From Eledone cirrhosa (taxonomy: Eukaryota), in NCBI GenBank assembly GCA_964016885.1, contig OZ024740.1, positions 399,900,001 through 399,964,000 of the forward strand: a stretch of DNA of 64,000 bases, given 5' to 3'. This document shows, piece after piece, positions 29,763-40,068 of this stretch (within the stretch, counting starts at the first letter, position 1; the number at the start of each line of letters is the position of its first letter). Position numbers and translations under genes: made by a program. The notes under the pieces are model-generated. The model was not told the origin of the DNA. It made no database searches and saw only the letters and a program-made list of their open reading frames with translations.

Positions 29763-30961
29763 ACCTCTGCGCGGAGGAGATATTCTTTATACTAAAATCT
29801 AAAAATTCCCTTAATTTACAAACAAATTTATTCAGTTGCTGCAGACATAGATTAAACTCAACTTTTAAATATAAATATAAATTTAAAATGTAGTATATTT
29901 AATTTGATTTATAATTATTTATGAAACTCGACGATAAATCTTTCGATTCCTTTTTATTTTAAACATTCTTCATGAATAATTAAACTACCCTAAAAGCTGA
30001 TGCTCCAAATATATCGAATAAATTTTACACTAGATAAACTTCTATATTAAATATAAGACCATCTGTAGATCAAATGGGTATCCTAAACTTTTGGAATGTT
30101 TTCTGCTAGACAGGATTTGGTAAATAATTTTTGGTTTTGTTTGCTTTTGATTCTGATGCTTATAACGAACTTGGCAATATATTGTCAATTAACTTTGAAG
30201 GGTTGATCTCTGTGGTTGATTTGCGGGGCATACTATGTTTTATTTTTATTTTAATATTTTTAATATTTTTAATATTTTTATTTTTAATATTTTTTTGATT
30301 TTTTTGTTTTTTATTTATTTATTTTTTATTTTTTGTTTCTGATATTTTTATTGATATATTCATGTCTGTTCTCTATTTATGCTTGAACGATAATCATGTA
30401 GAGTAAAAACATGAATAGTATTGTTAAAATTAATGTAGACTCTATATATATTTGTGTATATGTACACATATATGTATACTAGAATTTTTATAGCACAATG
30501 AGAATGTTTTCGTGTGAATTAGGAATTTGCAGAGCTGATCACGTAAATTCACATGATGTATATAGTATAAAATCTGGGATAACCTTCTATTTTATCTCAA
30601 CTCTAATATAAACCTAGGAATTTTAAACTAGACATATGATCATTATTTTTCACACATTATTGATACGTGTCTCATTCATGAATACTGATATTTACATTAT
30701 ATTGCCTGTTTTATACGAATTGATATTTTTTACATTGATGAAACATAGTATTTTAAATCTGCCTCGTTTATGTCTGGATATTTTTCTTTTCTCTCTATGT
30801 AACAGCTGTTTTCTCTCTTAACCACTTATATCTCTCTCTACATTAATACTAGAGCTAAATAAATAAATAAATAAATAAATATATCATTGATACGTCATTC
30901 AACTGATGCCCAACTACCTATTTTCTTTCTCTCTATCTCTATCTATATCTATCTCTCTATA

Positions 30962-31034
<73 letters not shown>

Positions 31035-31302
31035 CTTCTCTCTCTCTCTCTCTATCTATCTCCCTCTGTGTTTTTTCCTCTCTCTATATATCTCTCTCTG
31101 TTTCTTTACATGAATTTCTTCTCTCTATCTATCTCTCTATATCTATCTCTCTCTATTTAGTTGCATGCATTTCTTCTTTTTCTTCGTTTTTCTTTCTTTC
31201 TTTTTATAACTGTCCCTAATATTTTTTCACTACCAAATCAACTTTTCAAATAGAAGTCGAAGTTGAAAGGTATGTCGAATCTATCTATTTATAAGACTGT
31301 TT

Positions 31303-31379
31303 ATATTGTATTTTGTCTGAAGAAGGCATAACATATTTTTAATATGATATCCCTGAAATATATATAATGAAATAAATAT
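31303..31379 (+). ncRNA. Type I minimal hammerhead ribozyme
   Basis: Stem I ATATTGTATTTTGT/ATGAAATAAATAT; CTGAAGA; stem II AGGCATAACATATT-TTT-AATATGATATCCCT; GAAA-TATATA-TA (palindromic loop 3, AUA triplet). Confidence 0.6.
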
Positions 31380-32179
31380 GGTTTTATAAATATAGTTTCC
31401 ATTTATTTAATATCGTAAATATACTCCAAATACTTGTTGAGTGCTTTTATATCAGTTATAATTATTTACTCGTTGTTAACCCAACAATTTAAATAAAACT
31501 TTGCATATATATATATATATATATATTTCGTTTCTGAATTTGTTTAGCAAGATTCTTTATCTGAAAACGTGTGTTGAAACCGATATTGTTATACTTTGGG
31601 AGGGTCATGTGGTTGGTCGGTTCCACAACCAGATGGTTGTTTATATATTGTCAAAGTTCTTTCGTCACACATTCTGTGACCTCTTCAGTGACTGGGGATT
31701 CTTTTCTTTGTTTTTGTGTCTCTCCTTTGTTCTGTCCTACGCCATTTTGTTTCCCAACCGGAAATTTATAAATTCCTAAATTTATAAATTTATTATAATA
31801 AATTAAAGTGAAAGCAACTGGTGGGTGCGTTTCTTATTGGCAACATGACCATCCCAAAGTATAACAATATATATATATATATATATACATATAAGTTGCG
31901 CCGTGTTAGGTTGAAGACAAAACATATGTTCTAACGTGGTTGCCAAGCTCGTCCATAAGAAGATTACACTACTTTCCGAGAATGCGAGTTACCTTTCGTC
32001 CTTTTTTAATTTGAGATACTTTTTATTTTAATATTTCGTTGTTATGAAGAAGATTCCTTGTGAATATATTAAATTATCACATTAATAAAGTAGAACCGAG
32101 CCAAAAGCAACCCTTATATCTATATATATACATATATATATATACATATAAGGGACGCTAGTCATATATATAAACATTA

Positions 32180-32291
32180 AATATAAAATCTTGATCTGTT
32201 TCTATACATTCTGTGAAAATTTGAGGTTATTTCAACAAGAATTGCCAAAATTATTGGCCTGCGAAATGATGTCAAATTTTCTTGGGACACC

Positions 32292-32296
<5 letters not shown>
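32180..32296. mobile_element. Probable Tc1/mariner terminal fragment
   Basis: Ends in TTGGGACACCCTG-TA, the reverse complement of a TA-CAGGGTGTCCC terminal repeat. Confidence 0.45.
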
Positions 32297-32388
<92 letters not shown>

Positions 32389-32428
32389 TATGTTTGTTTT
32401 GAAACAGTGAGCAATTTTGAAATTAGAA

Positions 32429-32759
32429 ATAGAAGCTTTCACCGTATTTTTGACTAAAGACATTTTAGCCTGATAGTAGGGTTTAGAACCCTCAGATAAA
32501 TGGAAAAAGATTAGTATTGATGTACATGGGAGTCAAACCCACATATTTGGTTATACTTGCTAAGAGTGTAGCTTCTAATTTGAATGGAAGGAGATGGGTG
32601 ATCTGTTGGTGTAATGGTAGCATAGTGGTCTGGATAACCAAAGATGTGGTTTTGACTCCCATGTACGTCAATACTCATCTTTTTCCATTTATCTGAGGGT
32701 TCTAAACCCCAATATCAGGCTAAAATGTCTTTAGTCAAAAATACAGTGAAAGCTTCTAT
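32429..32759. mobile_element. tRNA-headed element with an inverted duplication of about 125 bp; related fold-back at 23810-23937
   Basis: Arms 32429-32554 and 32634-32759; TGGTGTAATGGTAGCA (A-box) and GGTTTTGACTCCC (B-box-like) at about 32607-32660. Confidence 0.65.
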
Positions 32760-32880
32760 ATATATATATATATGACTAGCGTCCGAAACGTTAAGACGAC
32801 CCTCTTCCTGCTATATCAAGCGTTAACCTAATATAACCCTTCCATATACTGTACCGATTGTGTTGTTATTTCTGTTTACC

Positions 32881-32972
<92 letters not shown>

Positions 32973-33052
32973 ATAATAATAAATTTGAAGTCTAAAATCC
33001 AAAGAGGGCTCGATAAGGATAAATATATATCAAATATATAAGAACCGTAGAG

Positions 33053-33100
<48 letters not shown>

Positions 33101-33258
33101 TTGTATGTGTGTGTAGTAAATATCGACATAATGTCCACAGGGTGTTCAACAAAATGGACCCTAAACAAAGCGTCTTCAGTCATCAAACTAGCCTGCAGCA
33201 TACGGTTGTGGGTGGTTCATAATGTCAGGGCAAAAACCAAGAGACACTACAACAAAGA

Positions 33259-33680
33259 TTAGTGAATGTCGGTACTTAGAATATAAGGACACTGCTTCAC
33301 TAATCCTGAACGTGTGATAGTAAAGGGATCGGCTCGGTATAGTATTGATATAACTCCACTCTGTGAAACATGGCTGAGTGGTGAGGATCAGTTGACAGAA
33401 TCTATGGTGGCTTACACCTTTTACTGAGAGGGCAAGCCTGAGGGAGAGAAATGTGATTGGGGTGTAGGCTTTGCCATTCGAACTGAGCTAACCAGCGATG
33501 TAGAGCAACCTTATGGGGTTAGTGACAGAATCGCAGCTCTCGGAGTTTCCTTACAACACAGTCGTCCTTTCACCATTTTCCGTCTATGTTTCGATTCTCT
33601 TTAATAGCAATGAATCCATGATGGTATTTTATCAAGATCTTCGATCTGCCATTACCAGAGTTCCAACGCATGATATACGC
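33259..33680 (+). pseudogene. RTE-clade LINE APE N-terminal fragment
   Basis: Decayed GT*NIRTL, ARYSIDI..LCETWL.GE..L.E...YTF..G...GVGFAIRTEL motifs. Confidence 0.7.
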
Positions 33681-34125
33681 TTGTACATAAACAGCCACTT
33701 AACTAGCAGTGGACAGAAAAAGCACATCACTGTCGGCCACAGCACCCCCTTCATATAAATATATATATGCATATATACAGCGGTGTATTGATGAAAAAGG
33801 CGTGAGTCAACGCATTACTGAACAAGTAAATGTGTGTTTGCTTAAATATATATATAGGTGAAATATTCCTGTTTAAGATCAGTAAGACCATTACTCAGTT
33901 TATTACTCTAAATCTACAAAAATAGAGTTTAGGTATTGAAATGATTTTCCACTCTACAGTTAAGCTTTTACCGTTTTCGTATGTCAGGAAATCTTTATAA
34001 TATACATTTCAGGTGACGGTCGCATGGATGAGTACTCAATACCATAGCAGAGATTAATAATTTTTATTAAAGTCGAATTCGTTATGCTGGAGTTTCGCTA
34101 ATACACACATATAAACACACTTATG

Positions 34126-34211
<86 letters not shown>

Positions 34212-34353
34212 ATGGATTCATTGCTATTAAAGAGAATCGAAACATAGACGGAAAATGGTGAAAGGACGACTGTGTTGTAAGGAAACTCCGAGAGGCACGA
34301 TTCTGTCACTAACCCCATAAGGTTGCTCTACATCGGTGGTTAGCTCAGTTCGA

Positions 34354-34437
<84 letters not shown>

Positions 34438-34450
34438 CTCTATCTATCTC
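34126..34450. repeat. (ATCT)n microsatellite (5' target tract of the Tx1 array), split by an inverted copy of 33476-33622
   Basis: Read directly; insert at 34209-34355. Confidence 0.9.
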
Positions 34451-34675
34451 ACTATCAGTCGTGTGTCACTTCGAGGAGAAGTTTCCGTTAATTTATGTAA
34501 GGAAAAAACGTGAGTTTTTAGTTCAATTTTATATCATTGTGTAACTTGACCACCCGTCTGGACCTTCAGGTGGTGGGTCAACTCATTTTCGCCCCTTCAG
34601 GGGCGGAATATCCATTTAAAAAATTTTTCTCCATCGAATATTGGAAAAAAAATATTGTAAAATTTTGATTACGTT

Positions 34676-36592
34676 ATGAACGCTGCGTCCAACGATAATG
34701 GTGGTGGAGAGGCGGTAAGACTACAAAGCTCGCAGTCAACAACGTCTTCTTCACTAGATACTATAGAGATGGAAAGACAAAATGAAAATAAAAAAACGAA
34801 TTCACATCCACACAACACAAATGACACCAAACAGCTCAATGACAACAAAAATAACAGCAAAACCAATAATGATGATAAAAGCAACAATGATAACAACAAC
34901 AAAGAAAAAAATAAAGACAACGCCAATAACACCAGCATCAAAGACAACAACAACACCAAGGAAAATACGGATGATACCAACATCGGTGACAACAAGAATA
35001 ACAACAAGAATAACAACAATAATGACAACACCACCAATACGGATTCCACAAAGAAACCAAAAATCTCCTTTGCGGAGAAAGTTCAAAAGAAAGAACAATT
35101 GATATATCTCGACATAACAAATGCTGAACACCTTTTAAAGGACGCTAAGAGATATGTCACCTTCGAAAAAAATGGTGCTTTCAGCATCAATTCTCCGGTA
35201 GAAATTCGCAAGGAAACTGCTCTCAAAACGATAGTTTTTAGGACAGTTTCCAATTCTACCCGAAAACCAGTCCAATTGTCACAGAAAGATATTGAACTGG
35301 TTTTCAAAGATTCAATGAATGATATTGCATTCATTCAAAGAAGCAAACTTTTTGGGAGTATTTCGGTACTGATGAAGGATCAATTGACGGCCCAAAATTA
35401 CTCTGTGTCGCCAATTGTATCCAACCTGTACACCTTTTTCCCTACATACATGGGAAAAAGGACACAAAAGATCAGAATCACAAGTGTCACACCAAAGGTG
35501 AACATATGGTGGATACTGTGCGGCTTCATCAATTTTGATGAAGACAGAATACTGTCAGTAGGAAAGTCCCCCAGAGATGTATTCAATGGGACTAGCATTG
35601 AAGTTCTGGTGCAAATGAGCCCAGAGCGAATAGCTATGATCCCACAGCGTGTACTCCTGGACGGACTTACCTACATAAACCTTTCGGTTGAGGGTAGGCG
35701 GCCTTCATGTTACCATTGCTTTAGCAGGGGTCATCTGAGGGCTTCCTGTCCTAAACTAATGAACCAAAAAAAGGCTCTTCTGCCAACACCCATCAAAACA
35801 ACACAACCACCAACACCACCACTACAACAACAACACCAACACACAAAAATAACCACAACAAACACAGTCCCACCCAACCTCACTCCACCTAAAACCACTG
35901 CAAAATCACATACAGACACAACAGCTCCCCAAGACATACCCCTCCCCAATCACACAGACGATACAACAGATGAGGCTATCTCGCCATCACCCAGTGAAGA
36001 CGAGGGAGAACCCCATCGCTCGAAAAGAAAGAAAAGACATCACAAAAGCAAAAAACCAGCAAACACTACCACAAACATACAACCACCAACACAAACAACA
36101 AAAATATCACAAACAAAACCCCCACCTCCTGAAAACAAAATACCTACAACAAAACGAAAGCACACACAAGAACTACAGACAAAAACAAACACAACACAAG
36201 AAAATTACACTTACACTTACATAAACACTGAAAACAAAACACTAATGGAGACCATTACGAACGACCCTTCGGTTTTCACCGAAGGGAAAACTTTCGCCCA
36301 CTCTATAAAAAATAGCAAAAAAATGAACCTAAAACTGATTAGGGTCCCTATACAAACTTATAGGTCCCTAAAAGAAACATTTGAGAAGGATGTGGGGAAT
36401 TCCTGCGTGAAACCACTCAACCGCGTCCTTCTCAAATGCCTCCCCACCCCAGACACCCCCATCCCACCAGACCCCACCCCACAAAACATCTGCGTCCCCA
36501 CCCCGCCGGAAACCACAACCCATCCAGACAACCCCTCCAACACCCCCATGGAAATCGTGCGGCCTGGTCCCCAGGAGGCGAAGGGTGAGTGA
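34676..36592 (+). CDS. ORF1p of copy A (gag-like nucleic-acid-binding protein, single CCHC knuckle)
   Basis: CYHCFSRGHLRASC; Asn/Thr-rich N-terminus; KRKKRH basic patch; homologous to ORF1 of B, D and F. Confidence 0.88.
   Translation: MNAASNDNGGGEAVRLQSSQSTTSSSLDTIEMERQNENKKTNSHPHNTNDTKQLNDNKNNSKTNNDDKSNNDNNNKEKNKDNANNTSIKDNNNTKENTDDTNIGDNKNNNKNNNNNDNTTNTDSTKKPKISFAEKVQKKEQLIYLDITNAEHLLKDAKRYVTFEKNGAFSINSPVEIRKETALKTIVFRTVSNSTRKPVQLSQKDIELVFKDSMNDIAFIQRSKLFGSISVLMKDQLTAQNYSVSPIVSNLYTFFPTYMGKRTQKIRITSVTPKVNIWWILCGFINFDEDRILSVGKSPRDVFNGTSIEVLVQMSPERIAMIPQRVLLDGLTYINLSVEGRRPSCYHCFSRGHLRASCPKLMNQKKALLPTPIKTTQPPTPPLQQQHQHTKITTTNTVPPNLTPPKTTAKSHTDTTAPQDIPLPNHTDDTTDEAISPSPSEDEGEPHRSKRKKRHHKSKKPANTTTNIQPPTQTTKISQTKPPPPENKIPTTKRKHTQELQTKTNTTQENYTYTYINTENKTLMETITNDPSVFTEGKTFAHSIKNSKKMNLKLIRVPIQTYRSLKETFEKDVGNSCVKPLNRVLLKCLPTPDTPIPPDPTPQNICVPTPPETTTHPDNPSNTPMEIVRPGPQEAKGE
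36584..36590 (+). promoter_or_regulatory. Predicted splice donor at the ORF1 stop of A (G|GTGAGT); equivalents at 42337 (AG|GTAAGT), 51387 and 59956 (AG|GTAGGT)
   Basis: Match to the U1 consensus conserved in four diverged ORF1 ends. Confidence 0.65.
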
Positions 36593-36625
36593 TCTCTTTT
36601 CCTCTTTTAACTTTTCAGCACCAAC

Positions 36626-39600
36626 ATGGCCAATATAAGAGTTGGATGTGTGAACGTACGCGGCCTGGGGATGCCCTGGAAACAGGGCAAACTCTTAAAC
36701 GACCTCAGGTCGCACAGTTTGGATGTGGTAGCCATTTGCGAGTCCAGGATCCACGGCGAGCGACAGCTGGCCCCCATCTTCGATGACTTTGAGATCTACG
36801 CATCTCTCTGTCAACCGGGGGGTGGGGGCGGAGTTGCCGTTTTGCTGCGGAAACACCTGGGCCTCGTAACACAGACGGTACATCTGGACCCGGAGGGTCG
36901 ACTGGTGGTCCTAGACGTTGACGGTAGTGAAGGTAGAGCGTTCAGGCTGGTGGCCGCATATGCCCCATCCGGGACACCGCGGCCAGACTTCTTCAAACGT
37001 CTAGAGACTTTTCTGGGAACGTCCCGCTCCTTGCTTTTAGTGGGGGACTGGAATGGAATCCTAGATGCACGTTGGGACTATGTGGGAGCATGTCCCGATA
37101 AAGGGGGGTGTAACAGCCTCAAACAGTTAATCGACCGATTTGACCTGGCCGATAGATATCGACTAGATTTTCCGACTGCGCCACTGTGGACGTGGAGTAA
37201 TCGTAGCGGAACATCTAGATCGTACCTAGATAGGGTTCTAGTTAGAAATAAGGATAGGGACATGTTAAGCTGTCCACAAATGTTCATGGTTGCCTATTCA
37301 GATCACAAACTAGTGACCTGCATGGCCAACCTTGATAGAACCCATAGACAAGGACCCGGCTACTGGAAGCTGAACTTGTCGTTACCGACAAGCAAAGCCT
37401 ACAGTAGACGGATTAGCACTTTAGTTAAACAGCACTTGACAGGGGCCATTGTCAACAACAGATGGTGGTACTCTCTCAAGAGGGCAGTTAGATTAGACTC
37501 GATAATTTTTAGTAAAGAATTAGCGTTAGATAGAAATAGAACCGAGAAGGAACTGGTAGATAAAGTAGAAGAGGCTATTAGAAGTGGCAACGTAGCCAGC
37601 GTGCTAGCAACGAGAACGGCCTTGGACCAGTTCTTCGACGCAAAGCACGAGGGCTGCGTTGTCAGAAGCAAAATACGTGCTCTGGGAAACGAGGGAGCCA
37701 AAGCTGTTAACTGGGCCCGAGTGACGGAGGCAAAAAGTGGCAACAAGTCCACGATTCGGTCTTTGAAGGACCAAAACGCACGCGTGATACGTGAGCCGAA
37801 GCAGATGTGTGCGGCTTTTCAGCGGCACTTTGCTCGGCTGTTCGGGGGGAGCGGCGCGCCGGGAGAGGCTATGGATTTCGGTCCATACCTCGACGGCCTA
37901 CCGCGACTCTCGGACAGCGAGGCGAAGTTCTGCGAAAAGCCGATTTCAGCCACTGAGATAGGGGACGCGCTGAGCCAATGCGGCAAACGCAAATCTCCAG
38001 GTCTCGACGGTCTACCCTACGAATTTTACGTAGCAATGCCGGACTTATTCTCCGGTCTCCTGGAAGCGGTCTACTGCAACTGGCAACAGAACGGGAGAAT
38101 TCCCAGTTCTGTAACCGGGGGCGTGGTCACACTAATCAGGAAGGACGAGAATAAGGGGGATGACATAGGCAACTTCCGGCCCATAACTCTGCTAAACACA
38201 GAGTTACAGATTTTGGCCAAGGTGTTGGCAAAGAGGCTGGCGCTTGTCGTCGAGAACCTGGTGGGAGAAGCGCAGACATGCGCGATCCCGACCAGGTCCA
38301 TACACGACAACCTCCACCTCATGCGATACATCATAGAGAGGGTAGGGTGTAAACCCGGCTTTGGTGGGGCCCTGATCAACTTGGATCAGTCTAAGGCTTT
38401 CGATAGGGTTGACCATCGTTACCTGGATGCGGTGCTCGAGGCGGCAGGCTTCGGACCCGTGTTCAGGGGCTGGATTGCTGCAATGCACAACAGCAACATC
38501 TGCTCAAGGGTCAAGGTGAACGGTTACCTCTCGGAGCCGTTCCATATTACGCGATCCATTCGACAGGGATGCCCTCTCTCCTCCCTTCTGTACGTACTGA
38601 CTCTCGAGCCACTACTGCGGAAGCTGGAGCTATTGCAGGGCATCCCTCTGGAACCGGGACTGCGGAAAGCGGCGTCGGCCTACGCCGACGACGTGACAGT
38701 AATGGTGTCGAGCGCCTCGCAAATCGAGAAAGTCGGCACCTTACTAAAGGAATACGAAAGTCTCACAGGAGCGAAGCTGAACCGGGACAAGTCCATCGGT
38801 TTGCAACTCGGATCGTGGAGAGGCAGACCGATGCCTTCCGATGGCGTCGTCGGACGCTGGACGGAAGGACCGGTAAAGCTGCTCGGGGTCTGGTTTGGTC
38901 CGGACCTCCAGGTGGAGAAGAACTGGAACGAAGTGACGGCCAAGGTGTTTGCACTCACCCAGAAGTGGGCCGAGTGCAAACTATCCTTGAAAGGTCAAGC
39001 GGAGGTGGCGAACACTTTTATAGCGTCCGCCATCTACTACCGCTTGACCGTCGTGCCTTGTCCAGCCAAAACGCTCGCCAAAATGGAGCGCGCCCTCTTC
39101 CGATTCCTTTGGAAGAGGCGGGCTCCTTTGGTAAGAAGATCCATCTGCTGCCAACACCCTTCTAACGGAGGGCTGGGGATGCCGTGGTTGACGATGCGCA
39201 AACACGCGCTCAGGCTGCGGCATCTCTACGTATTCCTCACCGGACAACCGGTGTGGGCCCCGTTCGTGAGGCGAGCCTTCCCACGACTCGTCTCACTGAC
39301 CGATCTGCAGTCCTGGGTCAAGCAGAGACCGAGGAAAATGGGCGACTGGCACATCGAATGTGCTCAGGCGCTCACAGCCCTCTGGCAGGCGGACCCGGCG
39401 ATCAGTGGAGACTCCACTTCGTCATTCTATAGAGGGTTGGTCCGCAGCAAGTGCGACGACGCGCTCGGTGAAACTCTAGGCGGGGAGGAAGATGAACTGG
39501 CCAGTCTGTTCGGTAGGACCTTCCGCCCGGGACCGATGGACAACTTCCAAAAGTCCCTGGCCTGGCAGTGCTACCGAGGAGCTCTACCAGTTCGAGACAA

Positions 39601-40063
39601 GCTCTACAGACATGGGCGCCCGGGCAGGGACCCTGCAAAAAAGATCTGTCCGAGGTGCGTGCGAGACGAAGAAACCGTCGCGCACGCATTCATACACTGC
39701 CCGGGCGTCACTGACCTGTGGGGATATGTAGAACGACTATTGTCGCGGGTGGGACCAATCCAGTTGACCACCGAGTCCATTGTCATGATCAAACCGCCAC
39801 CCTCCTTCAAAAACGAAGGAGAGGCGGTTTTCCTTTGTGTGATAGCTATGGCGAAAGAGGTTGTATGGTGGACAAGGTTGAAAGGGCTGAGGTCAGACAC
39901 CTTTCTCTCCGGCCAACAACTGATTCTTTTTTTCAAATACCACTTTGGAAGAAGAGTCAGGATGGAGAGAGAGGTGCTGTACCCCAGCAAGTTTTATGAA
40001 AGGTGGGTGAAAGTGGCGAGAATGGCCCGAGTGAATGGGCCTTCTCTCTATATCAGCCTGTAG
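36626..40063 (+). CDS. ORF2p of copy A: APE endonuclease, reverse transcriptase and C-terminal zinc-binding motif
   Basis: NVRGL, CESR, YAP, GDWN, LDR, SDH (APE); KSPGLDGLP, FRPITLLN, DQSKAFDRVDH, RQGCPLS, YADD (RT); CPRC..ETVAH...HC. Confidence 0.95.
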   Translation: MANIRVGCVNVRGLGMPWKQGKLLNDLRSHSLDVVAICESRIHGERQLAPIFDDFEIYASLCQPGGGGGVAVLLRKHLGLVTQTVHLDPEGRLVVLDVDGSEGRAFRLVAAYAPSGTPRPDFFKRLETFLGTSRSLLLVGDWNGILDARWDYVGACPDKGGCNSLKQLIDRFDLADRYRLDFPTAPLWTWSNRSGTSRSYLDRVLVRNKDRDMLSCPQMFMVAYSDHKLVTCMANLDRTHRQGPGYWKLNLSLPTSKAYSRRISTLVKQHLTGAIVNNRWWYSLKRAVRLDSIIFSKELALDRNRTEKELVDKVEEAIRSGNVASVLATRTALDQFFDAKHEGCVVRSKIRALGNEGAKAVNWARVTEAKSGNKSTIRSLKDQNARVIREPKQMCAAFQRHFARLFGGSGAPGEAMDFGPYLDGLPRLSDSEAKFCEKPISATEIGDALSQCGKRKSPGLDGLPYEFYVAMPDLFSGLLEAVYCNWQQNGRIPSSVTGGVVTLIRKDENKGDDIGNFRPITLLNTELQILAKVLAKRLALVVENLVGEAQTCAIPTRSIHDNLHLMRYIIERVGCKPGFGGALINLDQSKAFDRVDHRYLDAVLEAAGFGPVFRGWIAAMHNSNICSRVKVNGYLSEPFHITRSIRQGCPLSSLLYVLTLEPLLRKLELLQGIPLEPGLRKAASAYADDVTVMVSSASQIEKVGTLLKEYESLTGAKLNRDKSIGLQLGSWRGRPMPSDGVVGRWTEGPVKLLGVWFGPDLQVEKNWNEVTAKVFALTQKWAECKLSLKGQAEVANTFIASAIYYRLTVVPCPAKTLAKMERALFRFLWKRRAPLVRRSICCQHPSNGGLGMPWLTMRKHALRLRHLYVFLTGQPVWAPFVRRAFPRLVSLTDLQSWVKQRPRKMGDWHIECAQALTALWQADPAISGDSTSSFYRGLVRSKCDDALGETLGGEEDELASLFGRTFRPGPMDNFQKSLAWQCYRGALPVRDKLYRHGRPGRDPAKKICPRCVRDEETVAHAFIHCPGVTDLWGYVERLLSRVGPIQLTTESIVMIKPPPSFKNEGEAVFLCVIAMAKEVVWWTRLKGLRSDTFLSGQQLILFFKYHFGRRVRMEREVLYPSKFYERWVKVARMARVNGPSLYISL

Positions 40064-40068
40064 GTTGA
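40040..40068 (+). promoter_or_regulatory. Predicted splice acceptor at the ORF2 stop of A (CCTTCTCTCT...TAG|G); equivalent AG ends at 45786, 48892, 54861, 57536 and 63381
   Basis: Pyrimidine tract plus TAG|GT, followed by purine-rich enhancer-like sequence. Confidence 0.6.

Noticed and set aside
32598-32670. Functional tRNA gene
   Set aside because: Degenerate T-loop (GGTTTTGA), poor cloverleaf and embedded in a repeat family
36585-36618. 34-nt GT-AG mini-intron that might fuse ORF1 and ORF2 in copy A
   Set aside because: Very short, not a multiple of three (fusion would be out of frame), and no equivalent AG before the ORF2 start in B, D or F
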